From contig BCGN01000004.1 in assembly GCA_001599295.1 (NCBI GenBank), positions 1,675,676 to 1,739,675 on the forward strand: 64,000 nucleotides of DNA, given 5' to 3'. Below the pieces are notes generated by a model. That model saw nothing but the letters and a program-made list of their open reading frames with translations, was not told where the DNA came from and did not search any database. The stretch is from Sporopachydermia quercuum (lineage: Eukaryota). Each line of letters opens with the position of its first letter. Position 1 is the first letter of the stretch. Below, piece by piece: positions 1 to 13,467 of the stretch. The translations under genes were made by a program, and so were the position numbers.

Positions 1-1
1 G

Positions 2-1030
2 CAAATTATCGATTTTATGTTCATGAATGTTGCTGTTGATGTCCAACTGCCTGACACCATTTTCCAGCCCAGTGGTACTTAATTCAGCATCAGCCACATG
101 TTTCTCAGGCAGTACTCTAGACTTTATTCCAGTATTCTCGCTACTACTAGCAAATTCAGTCTCATTGATCTCAGTAACAGCTGCAACAGGAGGCGAGAAA
201 TTAGTGCTCCTTTCTTTTAGCTGCTTCTTTTTCGATCCAAGCGTAATGATCTTCTTGGAGAATCCTGAAAGACTCAGCTTCTTCTTCTTTCTGACCTCTC
301 CAGCAGCAATTGTGCCTTTGCTGACAGCTCTACTGGTAGGAGCACTACCATTGGAACCATAATCACCACCAGACGTCTGGGCTTTCTTCAATGATCCACC
401 ATCAGCAACTGCATCCCTAATGGGAGAAGCATTATGGCCACCAAAATTCAAAGAGAACCTTCTATTTTTTGCAGGTTCACCGCGTAGGGTTACTTTGGAA
501 AACCCATGTGACTTCGAGTCCACTGTCAAGTTTGTAGGGCTGGAAGGACTGGGTTTTAGTTGGCTAGCAGGCTTAGATCTTGTTTTTGATATTTCCAAAG
601 ATTCCAATGGTCCTTTTCGCTCTGTCAAAGTGCCACGTGATGCTTTACTGAAGACTGGTTTCTTAGCAGTAGTGAAACNAGCTTTTGAATTACGCTTACT
701 GCTATCAGCACGAGCCATACTTCTGCTATCAAAGGAAGTAGAAGCAGCCAATAAAGCTGAAGCAATCGCAGTTTTACTCGATCTTCTAGACCTTGCTGAA
801 GGGTCCTTTCTCATCACAACAGTTTCATTTGGTAAGAACACCAAATCTGAGTCCTCTTTCGAGGTATCCTCGCGTGGTCTAGAAGCCACGGCAGCTGCAG
901 CCACAGCATCCTTTGGTTGAGATCCTGTCAGAGAAGCTGATAAATACACAGGATCGGTCAGAATGCTAGTAGCCAGCCTACTATCAGATCTTCGGAATAT
1001 CGATTGACTATGATTAATAGAGGAGTACAT
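2..1030 (-). CDS. 5' part of a Ser/Lys/Ala-rich protein of unknown function, running off the left edge of the window
   Basis: My translation from the ATG at 1030 on the minus strand gives MYSSINHSQSIFRRSDSRLATSILTDPVYL... with no stop through position 2 (343 codons). It is absent from the ORF track because its stop lies outside the window. The + strand ORFs 27-362 and 420-920 are its antisense shadows. Confidence 0.75.
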   Translation of the reverse strand, partial: MYSSINHSQSIFRRSDSRLATSILTDPVYLSASLTGSQPKDAVAAAAVASRPREDTSKEDSDLVFLPNETVVMRKDPSARSRRSSKTAIASALLAASTSFDSRSMARADSSKRNSKAXFTTAKKPVFSKASRGTLTERKGPLESLEISKTRSKPASQLKPSPSSPTNLTVDSKSHGFSKVTLRGEPAKNRRFSLNFGGHNASPIRDAVADGGSLKKAQTSGGDYGSNGSAPTSRAVSKGTIAAGEVRKKKKLSLSGFSKKIITLGSKKKQLKERSTNFSPPVAAVTEINETEFASSSENTGIKSRVLPEKHVADAELSTTGLENGVRQLDINSNIHEHKIDNL

Positions 1031-1896
1031 ATTGGAGAAACTGATTTAGGAACAATTGTAGGATTTTGTCCGTAGTTTCAAATTCAGGCCGGCAAGTACT
1101 ATTCGCCAACAGTTATCAGTAATCGGTTTNCCTTTCTCTTCCTCTTTCCCTTTCACTCAATATTTCTACCAGTCAAATGACACCTTTACGTGCCCCACAG
1201 TTTGAATTATAACCTAACGCCAGAACACGTTTACTANACGAAACAAGCTAAATTGACACGTTCTTTGAGCTCTTCTACTTGCATATTCTATCAACAGTTG
1301 ATTCTTTGATGTTTCTACTCCATGCAATTCTGTTTAACCAATGGCCTATACAGGAACCTNTTCTATCTACTTTATTATCTACTTGATCCAACACTTTACG
1401 TATCAGAAGATCATCAATTGTTCCAATACACGATCCAGACTGTCACTAAGCTTTTATCTAGTAATCTATCATCACTCTCACTGCATCTATGTAGCTTCCC
1501 TATTCATTACAAAAAAAAGTGTAGAAGATAATAAATGGGAGAGAGCCATTGTAATCACGAAGGTTTTGTCTCGTTATCATAAGATTTCCAACTTTAAATG
1601 TATGGTGATCTTATTATTTGGGGATGTTTTATTGGAGAAGATGATGAGCTATTTTTTCCGGAGTTTGATGATTACATGATAGGAAATTGAGAAAAGTTAT
1701 TGGTTTGATGATTATTACCAGAAATGGAATCTTCTACTGAAACCGGAAACTATATCCTGCAAAATGCACTTTACTACATATATACTCCAAAACAACTTTT
1801 CTCTTATTATCTCTCTTGTACTTGCCCGTTTTTACCGCCTGTGGAAACTATTATAAGCCAACAAGTAGATCAGCCCGCCAATAAGAACTGGAAAAG

Positions 1897-3613
1897 ATGG
1901 TGCAATTACCGGAAATTGCAGGTGTGGAATACGGATCAACACTGGGGAAAGGATCGTTTGGAATGTGAGTATGGGTCCGAGCAAATAAGCCGTTCATTGA
2001 GCCAATTGCGCAACAGTCATGATAGCTACCACCTTCTTCAAATACTAACTAACTTTAGTACCAAAGCTTGTAAATTAAAAGAGGGAAACCAAACCCATGT
2101 TATTGCAATAAAACTTCTATTCAAACAATCAAACGAGTTCAAAAAAGAAAATGTCAAAAGAGAAATAGTCACCCACGTGCACTGCAGTGCACATCCGAAT
2201 ATAATAGACATTCTAGGATCAGATGAGGACATCAAATGGTACTGGATAGCTCTTGAGCTTGCTCAAGGTGGCGATTTATTTGATAAAATTGACCCTGGTA
2301 GTGGAATAGATGAAGAAATTGCCCATTTTTACTTTTACCAGCTTATCCAAGCTGTTGGTTTCATGCATGATAAAGGGATAGCTCATAGAGATATAAAACC
2401 AGAGAATATTTTGCTAGATGAGCGAGGAAACTTGAAACTGTGTGATTTTGGTCTTGCCACTGTTTTTAAGGACAAGTCAGGGAAACAACGATTGTGCAGA
2501 TCCATGTGTGGAAGTCCTCCATATATTGCACCAGAAATAGTGAAAGAGGAATACTCTCCTGAACTTACAGATATTTGGAGCTGTGGTATAGTTTTAATGG
2601 TTCTAATCACTGGAGATCTACCGTGGGAATATCCTGGAAAGAGTGAACCGCAATTCAAATCATATCACGATAACAACGGTAGAGTATCATCAGGCATTTG
2701 GGCAAAGCTTCCAATGGCTGTTCTTTCTGTCCTACGAGGCGTTCTTAATTTAGATCCAACCCAAAGATTTACAGCTGAAAAAATCAAACAGTCATCCTGG
2801 TTTACCAGGCCAAATAATCTTCTTGATGAAAGTGGCCAAAGTGCAGATCCAATCGAATTAGGAGCTCGTTTGATGATGAATCTTTCTATTGACTTACAGA
2901 TTGACGAAGCCTTCACTCAAACACAATTTTCACAATATTCTCAAGTTCCTGATGATCCAATGGCCATGTCTCAACCAGCAGAAACTATTCACAATACTGC
3001 CAATAACGCTGGCGAAGGGTATGACTACGCTTTCAGCCAGAATGTACTTTATGACATGAGCAAGAACAGAAAGCTGACTCGCCATCATGATGATGTATTA
3101 CTAGAGTCCATGAGCAAGGATCCTACGGTACTGCAGTTCCTAGACCCTGAAATGAAGGCCAAGATCATGCCACGGTTAATGAGGTATCAGAAACGTGTCA
3201 GAAGTGAAAAATTCCTTTGTGCATTTTCATCCAATCTTACCGTATTCTACTCTTCTTGGCCTATTGACCAGTTCGCTATTCTGCTGAAAGAAGTGTTAAT
3301 GAAGAAGACCGAATTAGATGTTCGGCAGCATTTCAATACCAAAAATCGGATAGTGAATGTGAAATTGCTCGATGAGAAAAAGGAAAGCTTGAGAGGAGTC
3401 ATAAAGTATGGTTTCGTATCTAAACAGGTTATAGTACCAACAGAGGAACTCGATACTGGAGATCGTGATGGTCAAGTATGCACCCAGACAGTTCAAATGG
3501 TGAAAGTGGAGCTACAGAGAGAGAAAGGTGATCCCATTGAATGGAGAAAGCTCTTTAAAAAGATTGTTCTAGGCTGCAGAGAAGCCGTCTATGTCGAAAG
3601 ATCAGTCATATGA
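1897..3613 (+). CDS. CHK1: Checkpoint Ser/Thr kinase Chk1; exons 1897-1964 and 2059-3613
   Basis: Exon 1 encodes MVQLPEIAGVEYGSTLGKGSFG (Gly-rich loop). Intron 1965-2058 reads GTGAGT...TACTAAC...TAG. Exon 2 has AIK, GGDLFDKI, HRDIKPENILLD, DFG, CGSPPYIAPE and the Chk1 C-terminal motif KGDPIEWRKLFKKI. Confidence 0.93.
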
Positions 3614-5514
3614 TAATATGCCATGTCAGATAGATGACCAGATGGCGGAAATAATAGGAGAAGAAACAGTTGATTCTGGAGAAGATCGATATGATGATAC
3701 CACAACGGAAAGGAAAAACAATGTAATTGTTAGGGAAAATATGAGGCCTATCTGATACCGTTCAACAATCGACGAATACGATATGATACCATAGTTGAAA
3801 TAAAGAAGACAGTACCGCTGGGCTGGAAAAAATGCATTCAGTGTCTTAGAGCATCGCGGTATTATCATAGTCACTATAATAGCAAAGATTTACTAATCTA
3901 GATCGATGATGCTGCTGTGAGAAGGTACTAACAGCAGTTGAAGAAGAAGAACTATCATTGATGTTACACGTTAAGGCCTTAGAATTCAGGAGTAGAAATG
4001 AATGTAGGTCTCTCTGGTAATAAAACTTACGGAAAAATAAAACTAATACATAGCAATTGTACTATAAATGAAAGAAATAATATCTGAATCTTCTAATACC
4101 AGAACAGTCAGTAGGAATAGAAAACCTGGCGAGTACACCAATATACCACAGCATTATATTATACTGTGACCTATCTTCAGTACGTTTCTTCCTCTTAATT
4201 TGAGCTCACTATAAGCTAAGAAAAAACCAATTAATACAACAAGCATTTTAGTGTTCTATTTCTTATCATTTGATCCATTGGCATCTCTAATGTGCTCTTC
4301 ATTCTATTAATTCCTCTTCGCTCAGTGAAACTTCAGATCCTGGTAAAGCCTGTAATGAGACACAACCAAAGCTCTCAGTCCACAATAAACCCCCTGATTT
4401 GAGAAGTAAGCTTCAGTATTAGCATACAAATTCTTTTAAAGAGTACCTTTATTTTCAGAAGAATTATACTTCTATTTCTCAGATGTTGTTGATATTCAAT
4501 CAATTATTCTACTCATTCATTGCACTTGTTATCAAATTCCCATACAATTGCAACTACTTGCATTACTTTTTACATATACATGATTCACTATTTACATTCT
4601 CTCTCTTGCCAATGAGTAACAATCATGGAAAACCAGCCCCTATAATGAGACACTACTTTTTGTGCTATGGAATAGTTTTCCCGAAAATAGTAAACACTTT
4701 TCCGATAAGTCAAAGTCAATTGAAAAACCCCACAATTAATACATATGCAAACTATGAGCTGTGAACTGACGAACGATTGTTGATATTTATTAGAAAAGTA
4801 TCATAATGAATGGCGAAAATACTGTTTTTCAGTACATATAAGCCAACAAGTTTAAGAAGAATGAAGACCATATATTCCAACTAACCATACTTTACACTTA
4901 TCAGCCATAATCACAACCCTATATCCGATAATCATCGGAAGAGTGACATTTCGTCTCATCTGTACAGCACATAGCATAGAAAGCAATGATTACTTTTCGT
5001 ATTCCTTTATGAATCTAAAATATGTAGAATTCAACCGTTTTTACATAAATTCAACTATTTCAATCGTCATATAGCTGACTTTTCAACCGTTTCTCTTCCT
5101 CTTGTTTCACTCCTAGCTTTATTCATTACTAAACACCATTGGACTAATTAGGCATTCCCCACAGTAAACTTTAAGCTTACGCAAGTAATTTATGTTCGCT
5201 AAAGAGCTATCAGTATTAAACTCACTAAATTTCCAGTCTATGTGTATTCCTTGTTAGAGTATTAATAAGTGGGCATTTTGCCTGGTGATGATATTTTTAT
5301 ATTTTTATATTTTTATGCTTGTAAAGAAAAAGGTTAGAACAAACAAAAACGGTAGTATAATGTGCAGTTATTGATCTAGAAGTAGTAATAGAACCATAGG
5401 ATACACAATACTAAGAACAACAAATAGTTGATGATCTCTTTTACAAAACAACTAAATAGAAGGTTCGCTTATAACAAAGGATTCAGACTATCAAATAATA
5501 TAAATATAAGAAAA

Positions 5515-6624
5515 ATGACAAGCAACGGAAAAGATGTCAGATTTGGCCTTGAAGCTCAAGTCAAGAGAAATCCTCATGTAAGTAATAACTAGAATTTGGC
5601 AGATCANTAGCAGAGTGAATAGACAGAAGAGTTGCCAGAGCGAACATTAGTTTATGCCTGCTTTTACCCTATTGTGAGATACTTAGATTTCATTGTCAAT
5701 CACTAACAATAACAGCCTGATTTCAAAAAAGTAGAGTCCGCGAGACCAGCTTTTGAAAAGGAAGTGCAATGGCATTATACTCAAACTGTTGATACCAACT
5801 GGCAACCAGGCTCAGGAGCCAATGACGACTCATGGAAAGAACACAAGAAGGTAGAACTTGATCCCTTTGCTGAAGACAGAAATCCTATTGATAATTACAA
5901 GCTTTTGATCTCTGCTATCACTCCTAGACCAATTGGGTTCTGTTCTACTATTTCAAAGGATGGGGAAAGAAACTTGGCCCCCTTTTCATACTTTACAATG
6001 GTTAATCATGATCCACCTATTTTTGTTATTGGTTTCACCAGTGGAAGAAACAATCCAAAAGATTCTTGTAGGAACTTGATTGAGACCGGTGAGGCTACTA
6101 TCAATATTATTTCTGAATGGTTTATAGAGTAAGTTATTTCATGGAAGGAACAGGATGGGGAATTTGCCGATCCAGTAGCTGCAGTTGCAGTTTGAATTTT
6201 ATATTACCTGNATACTAACNGTTTCTATAGAGCTGCCAATTACTGCAGTATCAACACACCCCATGGTATCGATGAGTGGAAACTATCTGGTTTAACACCT
6301 TTACCTAGTAAGCATGTCAAGCCAGAACATGTTGCTGAATCAGCTTTTTCAGTTGAAGTGAAACTTATCCATACTCATGAATGGTTTTCTAAGAAAAANT
6401 CGGAACAACTGACAGGTAGACTATGCATCTTGGAAGGTGTCAACTTCCACGTTAGAGAAGATGTTATTAATGAGGATAAGAATATTTTAGATCCTCTTAA
6501 GTTCAAGTCTGTTAGTAGATTAGGTGGTATTACGTATGGAAGAACCACTGCGGCTTTTGAAATGCCTAGACCTGACTATAATTCGGAATCTGCTAAGGAG
6601 CCGTTCCAAGAGCTTTTGAAATAG
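5515..6624 (+). CDS. Flavin reductase-like FMN-binding protein (fungal flavoprotein oxygenase, DIM6/NTAB type); exons 5515-5577, 5716-6128, 6231-6624
   Basis: Introns 5578-5715 (GTAAGT/CACTAAC/CAG) and 6129-6230 (GTAAGT/TACTAAC/TAG) join the ORFs in frame. Motifs: KRNPHPDFKKVE, YKLLISAITPRPIGF, NLAPFSYF, EWKLSGLTP, SRLGGITYG. Confidence 0.88.
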
Positions 6625-7323
6625 AGAGAAGCATGGAGTAAATTAACAGAGATGTTAGTGAAACATCATCGGTAAAACATCAATTGGTAAAAAAGCAAGT
6701 AGATATAATATATAGCTAGATTTAGATGATAACTCGGGGGTATATGATTGTTCAATAAAAAACAATAGGAAAGTAACTGCTATTCGGAACGTGTAGTTGT
6801 AGAATACCGGCACCGGATCATGTGAGTGAAGGCCAAATCTGTGCAGCAAATGTCATTGTCTCTATTNTCACAATTCGTTACTTATGTTAGTATCCAAAAT
6901 GCTTAAAATTCTCCCATTTAAGTTGAATTTAAGAAAGAATGGCATTATTGTTATGCTTTAATAAATGGCTTGCGCTATCTTGTAATTAATGGTTCTCAAT
7001 GGTTTAGGCATACTAATACTATCACTTGCTTCCAGTCCTATCATGCAATTTTTTTTCCCCCATAATAGATCCACGTAGTAGATCACATGACCTACAACAG
7101 AAATTCTTCAAGCAGAGCTCCCNCATTTCCCCCTTCTCACCAACTTCCATCTATAACCCAACAATCTTCCCTTCTTGGCTCTGTGCTCTTTCATCCATCA
7201 CACATTCACCTGTAGCTAATCTTCGTCCTTCCCACATTGACAACCTCTCTATGATACTTTCCATGGATCATTAGACTTCGTCCTTTTTTCATCAGCTTTC
7301 TTCCAACAAAATTTCAGTAAAAA

Positions 7324-7803
7324 ATGGCTTCTAGAATCCTGTTAATCCATGGTCCTAATCTCAACCTACTTGGTACTAGGGAACCGGAAAAGTACGGTAC
7401 AACGACTTTATCAGATATAGAATCATCAGCTAAAGCTCAAGCAGAAACTCTTGGTNCTTCTTTAGATTATTTCCAATCCAATATAGAAGGAGAAATAATC
7501 AACAAAATCCATGAGACGAAAACTCAATTAATTGAAATTAAGGGTGAAAAACTCCCAAAATACGATTTCCTCATAATCAATGCGGGAGCATTTACTCATA
7601 CATCTATTGCAATTAGAGATGCCATCCTTGGTGTAGAGCTACCATTAGTAGAAGTTCATATTACAAATGTTCATGCTAGAGAAGCATTCAGACATGTAAG
7701 TTATCTCAGTGATATAGCCGTTGGTGTTATTGTCGGTCTTGGTGTTTATGGATATAAAGCAGCTATTGATTTTGCTGTTNCTTCATACAAGCCTAAGAAA
7801 TAG
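7324..7803 (+). CDS. DQD1: Type II (catabolic) 3-dehydroquinate dehydratase, QutE/Qa-2 family
   Basis: Signature motifs [33 protein letters not shown] and [15 protein letters not shown]. Confidence 0.95.
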   Translation: MASRILLIHGPNLNLLGTREPEKYGTTTLSDIESSAKAQAETLGXSLDYFQSNIEGEIINKIHETKTQLIEIKGEKLPKYDFLIINAGAFTHTSIAIRDAILGVELPLVEVHITNVHAREAFRHVSYLSDIAVGVIVGLGVYGYKAAIDFAVXSYKPKK

Positions 7804-8583
7804 GACATGGTAATGGTGAATGGTGAAGAGATACTAAGAATGTGGAAAGGAATCTCGACTTAAACCATAAAAATTAATAGAAATTATTTATTATATATTT
7901 GAAAACTGATTAAGGAATAACCATTTTGACGTATATTAGAATGAATAAATTATAACATTGTTATGATATGTAAAAAAGAAAATAATACGAGAGATAATGC
8001 TCTCATAACTATCAATTGACGGAAGTATTGATGAGCTGAGGAATTACTATTATAAAGGCGAAAAACTATATCTACATTTATGTTATTTTCTATTGTTTAT
8101 TCTGAAAGTTTTTTATTGATTCTTATCTGTCCGTCATATTTGGTGCATCGAGGTTGATCGAATAGTAATCATTCTTCTTATATCAGTATGGATAATGATT
8201 TGGTAGAGGAAACGAATGTACGAACTGATTACTAGTTTATAGGATAAATAGCATAGCAGCATTAAGAGAGCATCGTTATCTACTACTACCAATCGTTCAG
8301 CGTTCTTTATCAATTCTAATAAAGAGCAGATTATAATTCAAGCTCTTCAGAATCTCAGTATTCGATCATCAGAAATATATTACCTTCAAACGTATTTCCT
8401 ACAGCAAAATTCAGTTTACAGGATTTATTGAAATGCNTAATCACTTTCCGAGCTTGTAAGTTAATACTGGTCTGAATAAACACATATCTTCCAACATTAT
8501 GAAGCTTATAACTACTAACGAATTCATTAACTATTTCCTAGTGTATTCATATATATATATAAACTATCGTATAATTTCATATT

Positions 8584-11500
8584 CTATTCATCATTATCAG
8601 CAGCTTCTTCCTCTTTCTCCTCTTGCTCTTGAGCTTTCTCTTTCTTGTTCTCTTGCTTCTCCTCTTTCCTTATCTCTTTCTTGNTCTCTTCTTCTAACGC
8701 CATTACCTCATCAGAGAGCTTTTGAACAGACTTCTCTGCTCCCATTCCACCTTTCATTAATTTCAATCCGTTCTTCAACTTCTCTTCTTTCATTTGATGA
8801 TGTTCATCAATCGCCTTCTTATCAGAAAACGAAATAGACGAACTAGATCCTTGTTTTCCCTCTTTCTTTATTGAACCTGCTATTTTATCCTCCTGATCTA
8901 ATACTTTTCCCTTTGTATCTTCTATAAGCTCTTCTCTAGTATCTTCTCCTCCTAGAATTCCTTTCTTGCTACTAGCGGCACCAACCACTAATTCACTTTC
9001 CTTATTCTTATCAACCTTTCCCTTCTCGCTACTACTAAAAATACTATCAGAATCAGATTCTAATGCAATATCAAGCTGTTTAAACGGAGATTTAGCTCCT
9101 GGTACATAATTGACGTCTTTGAAAGATACATAGTTGCCATCCGCAGATGTATGATCTTTCCCTTTGGCAGCTGTTTTCTCAATTTGATCCTTCCTTTCCT
9201 TCAAACCAAATCTATAGAATGGATGAGCTTCAGTGTTAAACACGAATTTATCTAAACTCCAAACATCAGCATCTTCAAACAGAAGATAAAAGTATTTCAA
9301 TGTTTCTGCCAACCAAAAGCTTTCCATTTCATCACGCAGTGTTTTATCACCAGTAGCATCAACAGTAACGTCTTTAACAGAGCTATAGACACCATTGCTA
9401 GTTAAACATCTTTTCTCTATCTGCTCAAACATTTTCCAGCCTTTCTCTTGCCATTCCTTATCACCAGTGATACGATACATATAAAATATGCTCTCAATAG
9501 CTTCTGGCCGTAAAATGTATTTGGGTTCAATATTTCTCATCCAAACAGGTGTATCATCAGCTCCATCTGGCCATCTTGTAATCAAATCTCCATCAGGAGT
9601 CTCCTCTGTTATAATAGGAACTTGAGGAACTCTAGCATTCAGTTGGATTTTGCTCACTGAGTATAAAGAACGGTCAATAGAAGGCAAGGTGAAACCATCA
9701 GAAGCTCTTTTGGCTAACCTGGGCTCGATTTCATCAGCTGGAGGCTCATTAGCATTTTCTGCATTTCCAGTATTACTATCATCACCATTACCATAGTTAC
9801 TATCATCATTAGCACCNGCATTGGCACTATTTCCAGCAGAATCAACCTCATTATCTGCCTCAAAATGTTCTAGATTCATATCTAAGTTCAATTTATACGT
9901 CTTCTCCTTTTCGCCGCCTTTTCTACCTCCGTTAACATCCGTCACCCTTCTAATATATTCTCGGCCAGAATCAACATCAAAATCACAGTCTCCACCATCG
10001 GCTGAACACGTATCAACATTGAAAGCTTCTGCCATTATTCCAGAGTTCATGTTGTCATAAAACCATACACATCCGTCAGTGAATCTCTTCGCGTATTCCA
10101 AATCGTCAGGTCTATTCAACACCTTAGCTCCCATAGCCAAAGTTCCACCTAGAAAACAGGACAGATGCTCAACATTAAACTGTCTTGTCACCGGAAGCCT
10201 TCTCTTGTCTTTTTCCAACAATCTACCAGCAATTTCTGCTTGGCCAGATGCTAAGATATCAGGAGCTCCTGGCAATCGAGGTCTAAAAAATAGGAACTTT
10301 TTCGCTTGGTCTATTGCTCGTTTATACAACATGGAGTACTGTTTGCCATTATCTGTTCCAGCTAACAAATAAGACTCCTTGAGCAAATACTCATAGAAGG
10401 AATCCGCCAAACCACTCATGCCATATTTCTCACTAACAGAGGAAATGCCACCTTTCAAGCCGCCGGGCTTACAAAATCCATTTTTAACAGCTGAACGAAC
10501 AACTCCATTATATCCTACTAAGAAGGCGTCCTTCTCATTATCAGCTTCAGCTTTAGAAATCAAGTCGCATCCACTTAAATCCATAATATTCGGGAATAAA
10601 TAAGGAATTTGCATCTTAGGAGCTGCTTCTTCCATTAGGGCAGTAATTCGTTGAATGGCATCAAAATACGAACTGTCACCAGTCAATTGGGCCAATTTCG
10701 TGAATTCTAACGATAACGAACCAAACTCTGAGAGCGCAGCTTCAATAGATGCAAGCCTTTTCTTAGGGAAATCTTCATCTCGCCATCGGAAATAAAGAAG
10801 AGGCATTCTATTAGGTGTATCAAAGGCACCCATTAGAAAATCACCCAATTGTTGTGCTTTAGTTAACAGAATTGGATATTTACCATCTGTTAACTCATAG
10901 CTCGAAAGAAGACCACCTAGACATCTGATAGTAGTTTCAAATACTGGAACATAATCTCTATAGGTAGAAGAGAAATCTATAGTAGCTATTAAATCAACGA
11001 CTTCTTTCACATCATCGTCTAAGCCTAGTAAGATAAGGGAATCCAATGAATCAATAGCAGTGACTGCCCAGCCCATGAAAGGATCTCTTGCTTGTTTCGT
11101 AATAGGAGTTACCTCATCGTGGGTCCAAGCATTTTCTTTATAGAGGTTCCAGCTTGCTTTGAAAGCAGCANCAATTCTTTCTAGTTTTGAACCGTCTTTT
11201 GAATTTCTCAATAGATCTTTTTCAGCTTGAATCTTTGGTAGATCTTGTTCACTATACGTATCCTTTGGCAAGGGATATTTGATTTTCACGGGGTACTTTT
11301 CAGGTCGTCTGCCATGGAAAGAAACCTTGGAGCTTGCTTCACGCTTTTTCCCTTCATAACGGGAACTGCCGCTTTCTCCTCCCAGGAAAGGGTAGTCGTA
11401 GAACATTTTGAGTGCGCCGCCAATAGCAGGGGCTGTAACAGAGCCAGAGGCAGATCCAGGAGCCGACCCAGAACCCTTGGAGACATCAAGAGAATCTCTT

Positions 11501-12243
11501 TCTTGACCTGAAGCCAATTGGCTTCTCATTCCACCAGGCTTTAGCGTAAGGTCCTCTTTTCCTACACCATTTGGCATATTTATATTTGGCTTACCGTTAG
11601 GAACATTTTGCGCACTTTTGTCAGCAGGAATATTGACAGGCCTTGCTTCGAGCTTTTCCAGTTTCTGTTTCAATGAAATTGCATCATCCGCTTTCTGCAT
11701 TATTGATTTACCTTTCGTGTCCTTATTAATCTTATCATCTGCATATTTCACCTTCAGCAGCTCTAAATCCTCATTAGTAGCAAACGGCGGAATCTCCTTA
11801 TCTATTTCACTCTCATCTCTTCCAGTAGGTTTCAGGATTTTCCCATTTTGTATGATTTCATGATCTGAACCATCTCCTGAAGCATCTAGTATTTTTCGTT
11901 GTAGTAAACCGTGCTCATCCAAATCGGACAAAGGAGTCATTTTTGTGGTGTCACCTTTCTTTGACTTCTCATCGTTTTCTATTACTTGAAGGTTTTTTAA
12001 TGCTTGAATTGATTTGTCAACATTTCCATCGTGTTCTCCTAATGAATCATCGCTATTGGGCGTCTTGCTGATGTCATTATCCTTTGCTAGCAGCTCACTG
12101 CTTGATGAACTGTGGGATAGAAATGGAACATACCAGTTGTCACTGTGCAAATAAAACACTATCGTGACAAGAATTAAGGAAATCACCAGCAGTTGCCGAT
12201 GTTTTTTGCGATGAATGCCAACTAATCTCAGCTTTCGCAACAT
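8584..12243 (-). CDS. Glycoside hydrolase family 47 alpha-1,2-mannosidase, type II membrane protein (Mnl2-like)
   Basis: First ATG at 12243. Basic N-terminus plus TM segment ([15 protein letters not shown]). GH47 motifs [64 protein letters not shown]. Confidence 0.92.
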   Translation of the reverse strand: MLRKLRLVGIHRKKHRQLLVISLILVTIVFYLHSDNWYVPFLSHSSSSSELLAKDNDISKTPNSDDSLGEHDGNVDKSIQALKNLQVIENDEKSKKGDTTKMTPLSDLDEHGLLQRKILDASGDGSDHEIIQNGKILKPTGRDESEIDKEIPPFATNEDLELLKVKYADDKINKDTKGKSIMQKADDAISLKQKLEKLEARPVNIPADKSAQNVPNGKPNINMPNGVGKEDLTLKPGGMRSQLASGQERDSLDVSKGSGSAPGSASGSVTAPAIGGALKMFYDYPFLGGESGSSRYEGKKREASSKVSFHGRRPEKYPVKIKYPLPKDTYSEQDLPKIQAEKDLLRNSKDGSKLERIXAAFKASWNLYKENAWTHDEVTPITKQARDPFMGWAVTAIDSLDSLILLGLDDDVKEVVDLIATIDFSSTYRDYVPVFETTIRCLGGLLSSYELTDGKYPILLTKAQQLGDFLMGAFDTPNRMPLLYFRWRDEDFPKKRLASIEAALSEFGSLSLEFTKLAQLTGDSSYFDAIQRITALMEEAAPKMQIPYLFPNIMDLSGCDLISKAEADNEKDAFLVGYNGVVRSAVKNGFCKPGGLKGGISSVSEKYGMSGLADSFYEYLLKESYLLAGTDNGKQYSMLYKRAIDQAKKFLFFRPRLPGAPDILASGQAEIAGRLLEKDKRRLPVTRQFNVEHLSCFLGGTLAMGAKVLNRPDDLEYAKRFTDGCVWFYDNMNSGIMAEAFNVDTCSADGGDCDFDVDSGREYIRRVTDVNGGRKGGEKEKTYKLNLDMNLEHFEADNEVDSAGNSANXGANDDSNYGNGDDSNTGNAENANEPPADEIEPRLAKRASDGFTLPSIDRSLYSVSKIQLNARVPQVPIITEETPDGDLITRWPDGADDTPVWMRNIEPKYILRPEAIESIFYMYRITGDKEWQEKGWKMFEQIEKRCLTSNGVYSSVKDVTVDATGDKTLRDEMESFWLAETLKYFYLLFEDADVWSLDKFVFNTEAHPFYRFGLKERKDQIEKTAAKGKDHTSADGNYVSFKDVNYVPGAKSPFKQLDIALESDSDSIFSSSEKGKVDKNKESELVVGAASSKKGILGGEDTREELIEDTKGKVLDQEDKIAGSIKKEGKQGSSSSISFSDKKAIDEHHQMKEEKLKNGLKLMKGGMGAEKSVQKLSDEVMALEEEXKKEIRKEEKQENKKEKAQEQEEKEEEAADNDE

Positions 12244-13441
12244 GATATTCAATGTACGAGAACTAATATATAAAATAGATTATTGCTGGAAAACCAATAT
12301 TTCAAGAAAAGTTATCCGAATAGTAAAAAAGAACAGACAATCTTATGAAGTATCTGACATACTTCTTCCGTGTTTCTTGAAAATCTGTTGTTTTCTTGTA
12401 TTCAAATACTGAGAATTTCCCACTCTGTCGCTTAATCAGAATAAAAAGGCATAAATTAGGCTACGAAAAGCGGTTGTCGTGTTAGTTGATTCTTTCTGTG
12501 AGGAGCGATACTTAGGGGTTTGGTTTGCTCTGTCCCAGTAAGTTTGCCTAAAAGCTGCGGATGAAGCGCTAACTACTGGTGCGGGTGTCTGCTGTGATTT
12601 GAGTACGAGAAAGCTGACACTCAATTCTGAAAAATATGATCAATATACAGCGATTCAGCTTCAGTTTCTACTTGTCCTAATACAGAGTTGTATATTCCTA
12701 TCTTGAGCATTTGAATCGCATTTAATCATTGCAAGGAAGCAGGCGGTCTGAAGAGCAGTGTAAAAATTGGTTTTAATCATATAGCTGTTTGAATAGTTAA
12801 AGAAAGATTAAGTTTTGTGACAACCCGCAAAAAAGAAACGTATACGGATTGAATCAGGCTTACTGGATTTAGCTGCGAATAAGATATCATTTTCTATTTG
12901 GGAAGCATTACGTAGTTAAAGTTAACTAAACAGATGAAAAGCATTGACCCTAAAGTAGTAGAAAGAAGCGAGAACGAAGAACTAAGAATGAAGCCTTACG
13001 AGGTAAACTGAGAAATGACTGAGAAAAAGTAAATGAAAGAAATAATTTAACAAGAAATTGATGATTATAATAGGGTCTTGTAAAGTTATGAGCCAAATTA
13101 AGAGGGAACCCGTAGAATAAAATCGACAGAAAATGGATAGAGTTTCTCTAGCTAACCNATTCTATTCATAATAAAGTTTTGATTTCATTTCATACATTAA
13201 GCATACATATAATTATCTTTTTTAAATACCAGTGACGCGTACAATGAAGGTACAATTCTTTTGTGGTTATATGATTGTGAAGGCTAAAATTGTAATGCTA
13301 TTGAATTATGAAGCAGCTTGATTCAGTACTGATTGAACTTCAACCTCAGATAACTATTTACTTGTCCATTGGAAGATCTGTTGTTGGGCTCAATAATTCT
13401 ACTTGTGTGAAGTTCACAGAAATTAAACTTTGGCATTTCTC

Positions 13442-13467
13442 TGCAGGAGATTGCAGGAGATTGCAGG
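13442..13467. repeat. Short tandem repeat (TGCAGGAGAT) x 2.6
   Basis: Directly visible in intergenic sequence. Confidence 0.8.

Noticed and set aside
27..920. + strand ORFs of 111 and 166 aa
   Set aside because: Antisense shadows of the longer minus-strand ORF starting at 1030.
3618..3874. Short ORFs just downstream of CHK1
   Set aside because: CHK1 already ends at its conserved C-terminal motif; these ORFs have no recognisable homology or splice support.
7324..7803. Recent bacterial horizontal transfer of the intronless dehydroquinase
   Set aside because: Composition matches neighbouring genes and the motifs fit the fungal catabolic type II enzyme; nothing in the sequence supports a recent transfer.
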